IMG/VR virus record: IMGVR_UViG_3300003366_000013
Span: 1-30,368 of that record
DNA length: 30,368 nucleotides
Strand: one strand, 5' to 3'
Source: a virus
Taxonomy: Duplodnaviria > Caudoviricetes
Positions 1-8,959 of the stretch are shown piece after piece (the first letter of the stretch is position 1; each line of letters starts with the position of its first letter). The notes below the pieces were generated by a model, which saw nothing but the letters and a program-made list of their open reading frames with translations, was not told the origin of the DNA and did no database searches. The position numbers and the translations under genes were made by a program.

Positions 1-40
1 ACTACTGCATTACTTTTCGTATCCCCGATCCCTGAAAGGC

Positions 41-85
41 TGGTGGGTGCAGTAGGATTTGAACCTACGACCCCTACCGTGTCAA
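41..85 (-). tRNA. 3' half of tRNA-Val(GAC); phage attachment core, not a complete tRNA
   Basis: Minus strand reads TTGACAC GGTAG GGGTC GTAGG TTCAAAT CCTAC TGCACCC A CCA (anticodon loop, T-arm, acceptor 3' strand, CCA). No D-arm or 5' acceptor strand upstream. Lies next to the integrase. Confidence 0.85.
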
Positions 86-147
86 TGACGCTATCGGCCT
101 TTTTACGGCTGTTTATTTAGATTCTTAAAACCTTACAACCTGCGTCA

Positions 148-1434
148 CTACTGGACTTTACGGGCCAGTCTTACCTTTACTGTTTGCCTAAATTTGTATA
201 TATTTTTGCGCGTTGCATTACCTACTGCATTACCAGATGCATTACCATTTTTCCTGGTCAATAGCCCGTCCAGTTTACTGGCGGCGGCCTTCTTTAACTT
301 TACCGACACATGGGCATAGATATTGCCCGTTGTCTTTATGCTGGCATGCCCAAGTAGTTCCTGGACAACCTTTATATCCTCACCCTGCTCCAGGAGTCTT
401 GTGGCATATGTGTGGCGCAAGGCATGAAGGTTTACTTCCTCTGGTATCCCGGCTTTCTTTTTAACGGCGTAAAAGGCCCGTGTGAAGTTCCTGGGGACTA
501 TGGGCTTACCGTGCTTTGTGCAGAATATGAGGTCAGTTGTCTTATCGTATTTATCACCGGCCTTAATCTCTATGGCGGCATGGTAGGCCTTATATTTTTT
601 CATGGCTTCAATCAACGGCTTGGGCATCGGAATAGTGCGCTTTGATTTTTCTGTTTTAGGAGAGTCTATATATAGGCCTTTTGATTTCGTTCTTACCAGT
701 GAATGGACAACCTTTATTGTACCGGCCTCAATGTCCACGTCCTGCCAGCGCAGGGCCAACAATTCTCCCTCCCGAAGGCCTGTCCCAAGTAAACACAGAA
801 AAGCGGTCCCCCACCTATCACTCTCCAGCTGGGCCAGGAAACGATCCATCTCATCCGTAGTCAGGGCCCTAACCTCTTTGCCATCCAGTTTAGGCAATTT
901 AGTAGACTTGGCAGGATTCCAGCTAATTATCCTATTTTCAACGGCCTGTTCAAGGCAGGAAAGGATAATTTGGTGGTTGCGCCGGATGGTGGCCGGGGCC
1001 TTTTTGGCCTTTCTCATCTTATTATATAGCCGCTGAATATCCCCCGGCTTTACGTCTCTCAGGTATATGTGCCCGAGGGCCGGCATGATGTGAGTCCTTA
1101 TGTTTATATAGTAGTTTTCCCATGTGGAAAGACGGAGGTCCATTTTTTTATAATCCTCCATCCACCCGGTGATCCACTCACTAAATAAATAATGAGCCTG
1201 CAGATCAATCCCTTTGCCGTGCTCCTCCATTATATCCCGCATTTTTTCTTTCACTTCGGGCCTGGTCTTACCGTATACGCTTTTCCTTATGGGGTTCCCG
1301 GTGTTCGGATTGGTGCCAATAGTGACCTGGCCGATCCATTTTTTGAAGTGCTTACTGGTAGGGCTCATGCACTGATAGATAGTGCCCTCACCGTTGGCGT
1401 TGCGAGGCTTCTTGACTTTTTTCTTTTCGGTCAT
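148..1434 (-). CDS. int: Tyrosine recombinase / phage integrase
   Basis: N-terminal R.NGEGTIY arm-binding motif; catalytic motifs TGLREGELLAL, HALRHTYAT, LGH...T.NIY. Confidence 0.97.
   Translation of the reverse strand: MTEKKKVKKPRNANGEGTIYQCMSPTSKHFKKWIGQVTIGTNPNTGNPIRKSVYGKTRPEVKEKMRDIMEEHGKGIDLQAHYLFSEWITGWMEDYKKMDLRLSTWENYYINIRTHIMPALGHIYLRDVKPGDIQRLYNKMRKAKKAPATIRRNHQIILSCLEQAVENRIISWNPAKSTKLPKLDGKEVRALTTDEMDRFLAQLESDRWGTAFLCLLGTGLREGELLALRWQDVDIEAGTIKVVHSLVRTKSKGLYIDSPKTEKSKRTIPMPKPLIEAMKKYKAYHAAIEIKAGDKYDKTTDLIFCTKHGKPIVPRNFTRAFYAVKKKAGIPEEVNLHALRHTYATRLLEQGEDIKVVQELLGHASIKTTGNIYAHVSVKLKKAAASKLDGLLTRKNGNASGNAVGNATRKNIYKFRQTVKVRLARKVQ
214..246. repeat. Three TGCATTACC direct repeats at 12-bp period; putative integrase arm-type sites
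   Basis: Copies at 214, 226 and 238; a further CTACTGCATTAC copy at 2-13 on the other side of the att core. Confidence 0.6.
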
Positions 1435-1443
1435 GGTATCACC

Positions 1444-1734
1444 TCAATTGGCATTTCTTCTGAATTTTAGATTAGTCTCATACTTTTTTATTTGTATACC
1501 AGTTAATTGCCAGTTGTTATTAAGCATGTTTGAAAAATCACACTCTTCCTCACGCCCTACTGACAGGGTTTTATATTCCCAATTGGGAACTGGCGTGGTG
1601 TTGGTGCTTTTTGTTTGAGTGTTACCAGTTATAGAGGTGCCTATGATTACTAAGCAGGAAATAAAAATAACAACAATAGAAATGAGAAACACTTTGTCTA
1701 TAAGTCTAATGTCGCTTCCGCTTTGTTGTTTCAC
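1444..1734 (-). CDS. Small membrane-anchored protein (DUF4177-like WEYK motif)
   Basis: N-terminal hydrophobic helix, WEYKTL motif, GGGGGG RBS; typical position between repressor and integrase. Confidence 0.6.
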   Translation of the reverse strand: MKQQSGSDIRLIDKVFLISIVVIFISCLVIIGTSITGNTQTKSTNTTPVPNWEYKTLSVGREEECDFSNMLNNNWQLTGIQIKKYETNLKFRRNAN

Positions 1735-1767
1735 TATATGCCCCCCTTGAAAATCCCTTATCTATAC

Positions 1768-1797
1768 AAAAGAGCCCCGAAATCTCCGGGGCTCTTT
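1768..1797 (-). terminator. Intrinsic terminator, possibly bidirectional
   Basis: AAAGAGCCCCG...CGGGGCTCTTT hairpin with T-tracts. Confidence 0.75.
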
Positions 1798-1879
1798 ATG
1801 TCTCTCACCTTACGTCCAGGAGACCGATCAGACGGGAGGGTTTTATTTAAGTCGGCGGTAGCTCCAAACCGACTCAGCG

Positions 1880-2041
1880 TTATTTTTTACTATTCAGGCA
1901 GTTATCCTGCTTCAAGTCAAGGTGCCTCTTTATTATTTCCAGTATTCTTTGATTAGAAAGGGATGCATTCACAAGCAACACTCCGCCATGATAAAAGTAC
2001 TCCGCTGACATTTCTTTCCTGATACAAACGTACTTTAACAT
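1880..2041 (-). CDS. Small hypothetical protein, 53 aa (MLKYVCIRKEMSAEYFYHGG...), not in ORF track
   Basis: AGGAGGGGG RBS, ATG at 2041, stop at 1880; downstream of the repressor. Confidence 0.55.
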   Translation of the reverse strand: MLKYVCIRKEMSAEYFYHGGVLLVNASLSNQRILEIIKRHLDLKQDNCLNSKK

Positions 2042-2134
2042 TATGTCCCCCTCCTAGAATGATATTCCGTCATTAGACGGTACTACCATTGTAGGAAAAT
2101 TGTTACATAATTAAAAGTCAGAATTTTCCTAAAT

Positions 2135-2482
2135 TCAATCGGGACTTATTTCCTTTTTTACTGAGTGTTTTTCCGCTATTTTAAAGTATCTATTCGTAGC
2201 TTCGTCCATTGCTTTTCTTGCTTCTTCCAGTTCTTTTAACATCTCACGATCTGTAACTTGGTTAAACTCAGGATTGTCAGTGCGACCAAGAAGATAGTCT
2301 GTGGTCGTATCTAGTATGTCAGCTATTTTTTCCAGTATTTCGTATTTGGGCTGCCTTTTGCCAGCCTCGTAAAATGAGATTGTGGACTCACCTAAAAAAA
2401 GCCTGTCCGCTAATTCCTTTTGTGTTAGATTTTTATGTTCCCGTCTTTCCCGTAATCGTTTACCAAAAATCACATTGATCAC
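2135..2482 (-). CDS. CI-like XRE helix-turn-helix repressor (start may be GTG at 2473)
   Basis: FGKRLRE..LTQKELA..ESTISFYEAGKRQP..DYLLGRTD; divergent from the Cro-like gene. Confidence 0.92.
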   Translation of the reverse strand: MINVIFGKRLRERREHKNLTQKELADRLFLGESTISFYEAGKRQPKYEILEKIADILDTTTDYLLGRTDNPEFNQVTDREMLKELEEARKAMDEATNRYFKIAEKHSVKKEISPD

Positions 2483-2492
2483 TCCTAAGGGT

Positions 2493-2520
2493 ATTATATC
2501 TTAGCAAAATGCAAAGTCTA
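2493..2520 (-). promoter_or_regulatory. Leftward (repressor) promoter
   Basis: TAGACT-16-TATAAT on the minus strand. Confidence 0.55.
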
Positions 2521-2842
2521 TCTATTTTATTTAAACATGGCAAAAACGAAATTTTTACAATCTGCTAGTTGACATTATGCCAAGTTAGCGTTAATATATA
2601 CATAGGTTGGCAATACGCCAAGGAGGGAGGCATGATAAATGTACAAATTAAAAGAGGCTAGGGAGGCGGCTGGATTAACGCAGCTGGAAATTGCTAAAAA
2701 ATTAGGCATATCAGATAGCTTTTATTCTCAAATCGAAAACGGGAAACGGCGTTTGTCGTTAAAGATGGCTCTGGATATAGCCGTTATCCTTAAAAAGACA
2801 CCGAATGATCTTTTTTTGCCATCTAACGTGGCAGAGTGCCAA
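2501..2842. promoter_or_regulatory. 15-bp palindromic operators, consensus TTGGCA-N3-TGCCAA
   Basis: 2501 TTAGCAAAATGCAAA, 2569 TTGACATTATGCCAA, 2607 TTGGCAATACGCCAA, 2828 GTGGCAGAGTGCCAA. Confidence 0.65.
2569..2597 (+). promoter_or_regulatory. Rightward early lytic promoter overlapping an operator
   Basis: TTGACA-17-TAATAT. Confidence 0.75.
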
Positions 2843-2863
2843 CCTACCGGCACCGAATCCTAA
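2639..2863 (+). CDS. Cro-like XRE HTH regulator
   Basis: LKEAREAAGLTQLEIAKKLGISDSFYSQIENGKR; strong RBS. Confidence 0.9.
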   Translation: MYKLKEAREAAGLTQLEIAKKLGISDSFYSQIENGKRRLSLKMALDIAVILKKTPNDLFLPSNVAECQPTGTES

Positions 2864-2880
2864 CGAAGGGAAGTGAAACC

Positions 2881-3099
2881 ATGGACGACACCATGACGGC
2901 AGACGACTATCTAACAGTTCAAGACCTTAAAAAGTATCTCAAAATAGGCCACAACAAGGTTTATGAACTGGCCCAGCGCAAGGACTTCCCCAAGGTTAAG
3001 TTCGGCAATAAGTACATCTTCCCCAGAAAGTCAGTTGACGAGTGGATGGAAAAACAGGCCATCAGGGGGACGTTGCCAAGTAAACTCCGGGCCATGTAG
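2881..3099 (+). CDS. Excisionase-like HTH DNA-binding protein
   Basis: YLTVQDLKKYLKIG..KVYEL...DFPKVKFG..Y......EW pattern. Confidence 0.85.
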   Translation: MDDTMTADDYLTVQDLKKYLKIGHNKVYELAQRKDFPKVKFGNKYIFPRKSVDEWMEKQAIRGTLPSKLRAM

Positions 3100-3113
3100 A
3101 AAGGAGCCCCACC

Positions 3114-3491
3114 ATGCTAAAACCATTCCCCACTCCCGAAGCGAGGGAGAAAATACACGACTACATATTGCGCTACACTGATGGAACTATTTCACGCCTC
3201 CAGATGATGGAGAGTATTAACGCAATGCTTTACAGTTACGGCGTGAAGAAGTTGGCGGTCAGAAATTACACGGTACGGCAGTCAATGCCGGTTGAAACAC
3301 CGATAGGAACATTCCCGGTAATTATCATTGAGTCCAAGGACAAAGTTCATAGCAGCTGCCCGACCTGTGGCAACGAAGATGAGTGGGGTTATCTGGCGGG
3401 GGAGGCCCCGGTAATTAAGGTGATGTGTCACAATTGTGGAGCTTTCTATGAAAGGGCGGTGCCAAATGAAAAGACTAATGCGGGCAGCTGA
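3114..3491 (+). CDS. Hypothetical protein with C-terminal zinc ribbon
   Basis: CPTC...CHNC; AAGGAG RBS. Confidence 0.7.
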   Translation: MLKPFPTPEAREKIHDYILRYTDGTISRLQMMESINAMLYSYGVKKLAVRNYTVRQSMPVETPIGTFPVIIIESKDKVHSSCPTCGNEDEWGYLAGEAPVIKVMCHNCGAFYERAVPNEKTNAGS

Positions 3492-3600
3492 AGCCTGGAT
3501 ATGGACTGAAACGCTATTCAAGGTGGCCGGACTGGTGGCGCTGGCGGTGGTTATGGCGGCGGCATGGGCAGTGCTGGGTATGGCCGGGAGGATGATTTAG
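3466..3600 (+). CDS. Small membrane peptide, 44 aa (MKRLMRAAEAW...)
   Basis: Overlaps previous gene end; single hydrophobic helix. Confidence 0.45.
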   Translation: MKRLMRAAEAWIWTETLFKVAGLVALAVVMAAAWAVLGMAGRMI

Positions 3601-3624
3601 GGGTGGTTGATGATGGACGGATAG

Positions 3625-3870
3625 ATGGGAAGGAGGATGGAGATGAAACTGAATTTTACCTATGACGATGAGGATAGGCCAATTAAGCGAGTATTAATGA
3701 GGACTTACTTTGAACATCCAATGACCATGGAAGTATCTAAGGACGGTGTCGTGTGTATAAAAACAATAATTGACAACTTAGAAACCGATACTGCTTTCAG
3801 CAAAGAAGACTTCGCCGACTTCACCGCCCTGGTAAACCGGATCAATAGGCAGATAGGGAACAAATCATGA
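3625..3870 (+). CDS. Hypothetical protein (start probably 3643)
   Basis: AGGAGG RBS, operon context. Confidence 0.65.
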   Translation: MGRRMEMKLNFTYDDEDRPIKRVLMRTYFEHPMTMEVSKDGVVCIKTIIDNLETDTAFSKEDFADFTALVNRINRQIGNKS

Positions 3871-4158
3871 CCCTCCCTCCCGGCCCCTGGACAGCGGACG
3901 TAATCCAGATGATTGTCAAGGCCCGGGTTGCCGAGATACGGCAAAACCTAAACGAAAGGAGTGAGCGAGTACGGACCGGATCGATAGTGTCTACCAGCCG
4001 GACCCCAGCGTCAAGAGGCTGTGGAAGCCGGGAAAGTGCATCCCGCTGACAGCGATAAAGTTTGTGGCCATGGTGGCCCTGCTGGCAGTAGTTGGAGTGC
4101 TGCTGGGCTGCGGAATGTCCCAGCTGGATGATTTGACATGGAAAGGGGGGTGGGGGTT

Positions 4159-4491
4159 TTGAAGCATACGCCGGGGCCGTGGGAAATCAGAAGCGATTTC
4201 CATAGTGTAGACGGATTTGTTGTTTATCGCGGCAGAGGTAATGACAATAAAACCATTGCAAGGTTTCCATATGGGAATGTCATTGGGAAACCTGAAGGAT
4301 GGGAAAAACGAGATAAGCAATATCAGGAGATTAAAGCAAATGTCCACCTTATAGCCGCCGCACCGGAACTGCTGGAGGCGTTGAAACACCTGTATAGGTT
4401 GCACTGTGAAGGTGCGTTTGCCCTGGAAGACAAGGATTACATTGCGATAACCAAAGCAGCGGCCGCAATAGCCAAAGCTGAAGGCAAATAG
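4159..4491 (+). CDS. Phage early protein with TPGPW...AN..LIAAAPELL motif (Ead/Ea22-like)
   Basis: KHTPGPW start and ANVHLIAAAPELLEALK motif common in phage early genes. Confidence 0.75.
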   Translation: MKHTPGPWEIRSDFHSVDGFVVYRGRGNDNKTIARFPYGNVIGKPEGWEKRDKQYQEIKANVHLIAAAPELLEALKHLYRLHCEGAFALEDKDYIAITKAAAAIAKAEGK

Positions 4492-4504
4492 GGGGTGAGA
4501 GGGA

Positions 4505-4822
4505 ATGGCCAAGAAGTTTTTACGCTATCAGATGGAACTTGAAGGAACCCATGAAAACGATCTGACGGATGATCTTGTCAAAAAACTTAACGGTGAATAC
4601 GAAGCGAGAGTGGGCATTTACGCTCATGTTTTCGGTGAAGTCTGCGAAATAAATGCCCACTCTAAGAGAGACACCATTGTACTTTGTGGGTGCATTGTTG
4701 CCAGCACCAAAAAAGAGTGTAATCAACTCTATGGCGCCTTGAAGATTGAAGCGAAAAAGGCTTTCGGGAACTGTAAAAAGACATCAGACATATGTCTTGC
4801 TTATGGCGACAAATTGTTTTAG
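4505..4822 (+). CDS. Hypothetical protein
   Basis: RBS, operon context. Confidence 0.65.
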   Translation: MAKKFLRYQMELEGTHENDLTDDLVKKLNGEYEARVGIYAHVFGEVCEINAHSKRDTIVLCGCIVASTKKECNQLYGALKIEAKKAFGNCKKTSDICLAYGDKLF

Positions 4823-4934
4823 GCGGGGCGGGTAAGCCGGAAGCCCCATGGAGAACCTCCGGCCTGGGGATGTATCGGGTGGCACTTATAGAGTAGCACC
4901 AAATAATGTCAAATGAAAGGAGGGTTAGGTTGAC

Positions 4935-5456
4935 ATGTTGGCACAGTTAGAGACACGCAATTTACTCATACAAGGAATAGTGGACAGTGCAGGTTCGCCC
5001 AAGAAGGGAGCTGATGAACTAGGCATATCGGTAAGCATGTTGAGCAGGATAAAAAATATGGAAAGGACGCTGGCAGACGATTTGAAGAAAAAGGCATCAG
5101 CCATGAGCTTTAAATCAGCGCTGATGATAATCAAGGAGGTCACTGGATACGACAAGCTATTCTCCTTCTTCACTAAAGACCGGCATCCGCAGAACCTTAT
5201 CAGGAGGGCCAAAATAGAGGACGTTGATTCCGACAGGGCCTTCGAGCGCATAGCGGACAGACTGACTGACAAGCCAGCAGACGAGGATTTGACAGTCGAG
5301 GACATAGCTTATATACAGCAGGAAGCCTGTGAGATTGCCGAGGGCATAGAGGCAAAAATAAACGCCCTGGTGGGGCTTGCGGAACGGTACCCGAGGCTGA
5401 AGCTGGAAAAAATGTTCACAGAAAAAGAAAATATCTGCAATAAAAACGGAGGCTAA
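4935..5456 (+). CDS. Phage regulatory protein with N-terminal HTH
   Basis: ADELGISVSMLSRIKN HTH; AGGAGG RBS. Confidence 0.7.
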   Translation: MLAQLETRNLLIQGIVDSAGSPKKGADELGISVSMLSRIKNMERTLADDLKKKASAMSFKSALMIIKEVTGYDKLFSFFTKDRHPQNLIRRAKIEDVDSDRAFERIADRLTDKPADEDLTVEDIAYIQQEACEIAEGIEAKINALVGLAERYPRLKLEKMFTEKENICNKNGG

Positions 5457-5457
5457 T

Positions 5458-6021
5458 ATGAAAAACCAATACAGAATAAGAGGCGATCATGCTGTTATAT
5501 ATGTCAAGACTCGTTCTGGGAAGCTATTGTTCGTATTGGTAGATGCGCAGGACATTGAAAAACTGTCAGCCATTCCATATAAGTGGTACGCCTGCAAATG
5601 TAGTAAGAGCAATAACTATTACATCTACGGTCAAGTCGATGGAAATGTGATAGCCCTTCATAGATACATAACCGATACCTACACCCATGGCATGGGCACA
5701 CACGTTGACCACAAGAACAACAATACCCTTGATAACAGAAAATGCAATCTAAGGGCTTTAAGTCCTTCGGGAAATCATCAAAATCGCAAGGGAGCATCCA
5801 AGAACAGCAAGGCTGGCGTGCGTGGTGTTTATTGGAGCGATGAAAAAATGGGATGGGTTGCATTTGCGAGGTTGAACGGAAAAAGCGTTTGTCAGAGGAA
5901 ATTTGATTCAAAAAAATATGCAACAATTTATGCTGCTGCAGTGAGGGCAAAATATATGCCCCACTCAAAAGATGCCTTAAATAAAAAAATGCTGCAAAAG
6001 CAGCTAAGGGAAATCTTCTAA
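5458..6021 (+). CDS. HNH endonuclease with AP2-like C-terminal domain
   Basis: LHRYI..VDHKNNNTLDNRKCNLR; GVRGVYW...W.A. Confidence 0.88.
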   Translation: MKNQYRIRGDHAVIYVKTRSGKLLFVLVDAQDIEKLSAIPYKWYACKCSKSNNYYIYGQVDGNVIALHRYITDTYTHGMGTHVDHKNNNTLDNRKCNLRALSPSGNHQNRKGASKNSKAGVRGVYWSDEKMGWVAFARLNGKSVCQRKFDSKKYATIYAAAVRAKYMPHSKDALNKKMLQKQLREIF

Positions 6022-6058
6022 ACCTAATAATACCACAGGCCGCGCGGGCGGTCAAGGA

Positions 6059-6373
6059 GTGATAACCATGAGCATTTCCTGCGATTGCAGCGCAGAAGGA
6101 TACGATGGCCCGGATGTTTTTCGCGAAGAACACCCGACCGCCAGAAAGTCTTATAAATGCTGTGAGTGTGGCGGGGAGATAAGGCCTGGGCAAAAATATC
6201 ATAAGGAAACCGGCTTATGGGAAGGTAGATGGGAAACTCATCGCACTTGTGAGCCATGCTCAAGCATTAGAGATAAGTATTGTCCCCGGGGTTGGATTTA
6301 CGGGGAATTACAGGAAGCCATATATAACTGCCTTGGCTTTGACTATACCGAAGTGCCGGAACCGGAAGACTGA
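6059..6373 (+). CDS. Cys-rich phage hypothetical protein
   Basis: ARKSYKCCECGGEI.PGQKY...C..C. Confidence 0.7.
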   Translation: MITMSISCDCSAEGYDGPDVFREEHPTARKSYKCCECGGEIRPGQKYHKETGLWEGRWETHRTCEPCSSIRDKYCPRGWIYGELQEAIYNCLGFDYTEVPEPED

Positions 6374-6539
6374 TTAACGTCACCATTGGGGCGGCAGTGG
6401 ATAATTCTTGCAATAAGGCAAGCCACTCCCGGTAGATACCTGCCCGCCCCATTAATTTTACCTCCTCCCTATAGCCGGAAAAACCGGCAACTTTTTAAAG
6501 AAACCATGCCATTTGATAAATCCGTTAAGGAGACAGTCG

Positions 6540-6998
6540 ATGAAACAAATTATTTCAAAAAGCGGTGTACCAATTTTTATTGATGATGACATGTACCAGT
6601 GCCTTAGTCAATGGAAGTGGTATGTCATAAAAAGCAAGGGAAAACAATATGCGGTGCGCAGCCATAAGGAAAATGGCAAATGGACATTACTTCTTATGCA
6701 TCACCAGATTATCGGCAAAAAAGATGGTCTCTACACGGATCATATAGATGGCAATGGTTTAAATAATCAACGTAAAAATCTCAGGCATGTTACACCAAGA
6801 CAGAATCAGCAGAATAGAAAAGGAAAAAAGGGGTCTAAATACCCTGGTGTTAAATGGAACCTTGGAACAAAAAAGTGGGAGTCCTCAATACGGATTAATG
6901 ATACAAGAAAATATCTAGGGGCATTTACAGATGAATACGAGGCCTTTCTTGCCTACAAAAGCGCAGTCAATATTTATACCGGAGAAGAAGTAATTTAA
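6540..6998 (+). CDS. HNH endonuclease with AP2 domain
   Basis: MHHQI..TDHIDGNGLNNQRKNLR; SKYPGV.W....KW...I......YLG.F..E.EA..AY; AAGGAG RBS. Confidence 0.9.
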   Translation: MKQIISKSGVPIFIDDDMYQCLSQWKWYVIKSKGKQYAVRSHKENGKWTLLLMHHQIIGKKDGLYTDHIDGNGLNNQRKNLRHVTPRQNQQNRKGKKGSKYPGVKWNLGTKKWESSIRINDTRKYLGAFTDEYEAFLAYKSAVNIYTGEEVI

Positions 6999-7020
6999 TT
7001 AATAGAAAGGACTGAGGTCC

Positions 7021-7464
7021 ATGCGGGATATATGGTTTCGTGGTAAGAGACTTGATAACAAAGATTGGGTTTATGGTTATTATTTTTCCTCTGACGAAAT
7101 GCCTAAAAGAGGTGAGATAGGTCATTTCATTAAGTGCGGGTTAAATGCAGAGTTTATAGTTGACCCCTCCACAGTCGGCCAATGCACCGGCCTTACCGAT
7201 AAGAACGGGACTGAGATTTATGAGGGGGACGTTATAAACGTACTGCCAGATATTGATGATTCCTTTAGTTATAGGGTAATAGGAAAACATGTTATTGAGT
7301 GGTGGAGCGGGCAGTTTGTTTTTAAGGCCAATTCAACACGGGAAGACGATTACATCAACTTTGGATGGTGGGTAAGGTCGAATGGAAATAGGCCTCAGTT
7401 AAAGCAGGTTGAGATAATCGGTACAATCCACGACAACCCCAACCTCCTCGAAAGCGAGGGATAA
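7021..7464 (+). CDS. yopX: YopX family protein
   Basis: MRDIWFRGKR...VGQCTGLTDKNG.EIYEGD...EIIGTIHDNP.LL. Confidence 0.9.
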   Translation: MRDIWFRGKRLDNKDWVYGYYFSSDEMPKRGEIGHFIKCGLNAEFIVDPSTVGQCTGLTDKNGTEIYEGDVINVLPDIDDSFSYRVIGKHVIEWWSGQFVFKANSTREDDYINFGWWVRSNGNRPQLKQVEIIGTIHDNPNLLESEG

Positions 7465-7466
7465 CC

Positions 7467-7718
7467 ATGTACGACATATATCAATTCGCCAGACTCGCCG
7501 GCTACTCCAAGGAAACCATAGCGGCGGCGAAAGGCCACTGCACTCAGAACGGCGGCGACAACGACTGCGAAAAGGGGCTGCCGGATGCCTGTTGCTACGA
7601 GGTCTGCCCGGAAAAGCAGTGCGGGGCAAGCTGCATGAAGTCAAAGGACCGGGAAGGAAAGAACTGCCCGGATTATAGGGAGGTGTCAACAAATGCCGAC
7701 AATCGAAAAGTTAGCTGA
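7467..7718 (+). CDS. Cys-rich hypothetical protein
   Basis: RBS, coupled ORF, multiple Cys. Confidence 0.55.
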   Translation: MYDIYQFARLAGYSKETIAAAKGHCTQNGGDNDCEKGLPDACCYEVCPEKQCGASCMKSKDREGKNCPDYREVSTNADNRKVS

Positions 7719-7992
7719 GAACTTCGTCAAGGCGGCGGGGGAGTTGATGGAGGCTGCTGGAGGACTGACCATGTTAGACTTTGCAAAATATTCCGGTGGA
7801 GCAAAGGCCCACATGCACGAAGAGCAGTTTAACAATCTATTTGGAGACGAGGGCGTTGAAATAAGGGTCAGCGAAATAGATGGATATCCCATTGAAAAGT
7901 CCATCATGGTAGGCGGTATTAAATTCTTCTGTCTCACCAAAGATTGGGACACCTGGGCCAAGCTGAAGGGGTATGTAAAGGAGGCGGTCTGA
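7693..7992 (+). CDS. Hypothetical protein
   Basis: GGAGGTG RBS. Confidence 0.65.
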   Translation: MPTIEKLAENFVKAAGELMEAAGGLTMLDFAKYSGGAKAHMHEEQFNNLFGDEGVEIRVSEIDGYPIEKSIMVGGIKFFCLTKDWDTWAKLKGYVKEAV

Positions 7993-8138
7993 TGCCCTGT
8001 GTCTTCAATAAAAGCGGCGGGTGCCTCCTGGGTAAGCCATTTCTTTCTAATGAACTGTCACCCTGCGAAGACGAGGAAGTTTGCGAGGATAGGATTGACA
8101 AGGAAGATAATTTTGAGTTGGAGGATGAGAGCGAATGA
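7992..8138 (+). CDS. Small acidic hypothetical protein (MPCVFNKSGG...)
   Basis: GGAGG RBS; overlaps neighbours at both ends. Confidence 0.5.
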   Translation: MPCVFNKSGGCLLGKPFLSNELSPCEDEEVCEDRIDKEDNFELEDESE

Positions 8139-8959
8139 TGGAAAACGAAAACAACGTACCGATGTCAGTGCCAGCAATAGCAGACGACAACATAGTTGCC
8201 ATAGCAGAGGCGGCAGAGCGCAGGATACAGGCCATAAACAAGATTAAACAGATAGCTTTGAAGGTAACCAACGCAAGCGATTGGACCAACCAGGGAGGTA
8301 AGCCATATCTCCAGGTAAGTGGAGGTGAAAAGGTTGGCCGGACATTTGGGGTAAGTTGGCGGATTGACCCGCCAACATGGGAAGTGGACGAGGACGGCCA
8401 TTACAGTTATACATTCAAGGGGTATTTTTCGCTGGGAATGGCTGAGATTGAAGCCATTGGAACCAGGAGTAGCCGTGACCCATTTTTCTCCACTGGGAAG
8501 GGTGGCGTACAGAAACCGCCCTCCGAAATTGACCGTGGGGATGTTAAAAAGGCAGCATATACCAACTGCTTGGGAAACGGTATTAGTCGCCTCCTGGGCC
8601 TCAGAAACATGACATGGGATGATCTTGCAACTGCGGGCATAACTCCCGATAAAGTTGCTGGTATCGACTACAAAAAACCGGAGATGTCCGACGAGGCCAA
8701 AACCCTGAAAGCCGAAATTCAGCGCATGATCCTTGAAATGGCCAACAACGACCAGGAGGCCGCAAAAGGGGTGCTTGAGAAATTCACAGAGTTTGAGGGC
8801 AGGGACGGTAAAATGGTTGCCGGTAAGCGCTCAACCTCCCAAATTTCCGAAAAGCAAGCACCTGTAACCCACAAAAAAGTAAAGGCTGCATATGACCAGT
8901 GGAAGGGGGCCGGTGGCAATGGTGGCAATGCCAGCGGAGCAGATTCAGCAGCAAGTTGA
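8135..8959 (+). CDS. Putative single-strand annealing / recombination protein
   Basis: KPYLQ.SGGEK and KKAAYTN....I..LLG motifs; directly upstream of an exonuclease. Confidence 0.55.
   Translation: MMENENNVPMSVPAIADDNIVAIAEAAERRIQAINKIKQIALKVTNASDWTNQGGKPYLQVSGGEKVGRTFGVSWRIDPPTWEVDEDGHYSYTFKGYFSLGMAEIEAIGTRSSRDPFFSTGKGGVQKPPSEIDRGDVKKAAYTNCLGNGISRLLGLRNMTWDDLATAGITPDKVAGIDYKKPEMSDEAKTLKAEIQRMILEMANNDQEAAKGVLEKFTEFEGRDGKMVAGKRSTSQISEKQAPVTHKKVKAAYDQWKGAGGNGGNASGADSAAS

Noticed and set aside
41-120. Complete functional tRNA gene
   Set aside because: The 5' half (acceptor 5' strand, D-arm, 5' anticodon stem) is absent.
3991-6202. Long antisense ORFs (3991-4512, 4925-5305, 5504-6202) and similar shadows elsewhere
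   Set aside because: They overlap well-supported + strand genes and lack RBSs or recognisable motifs.
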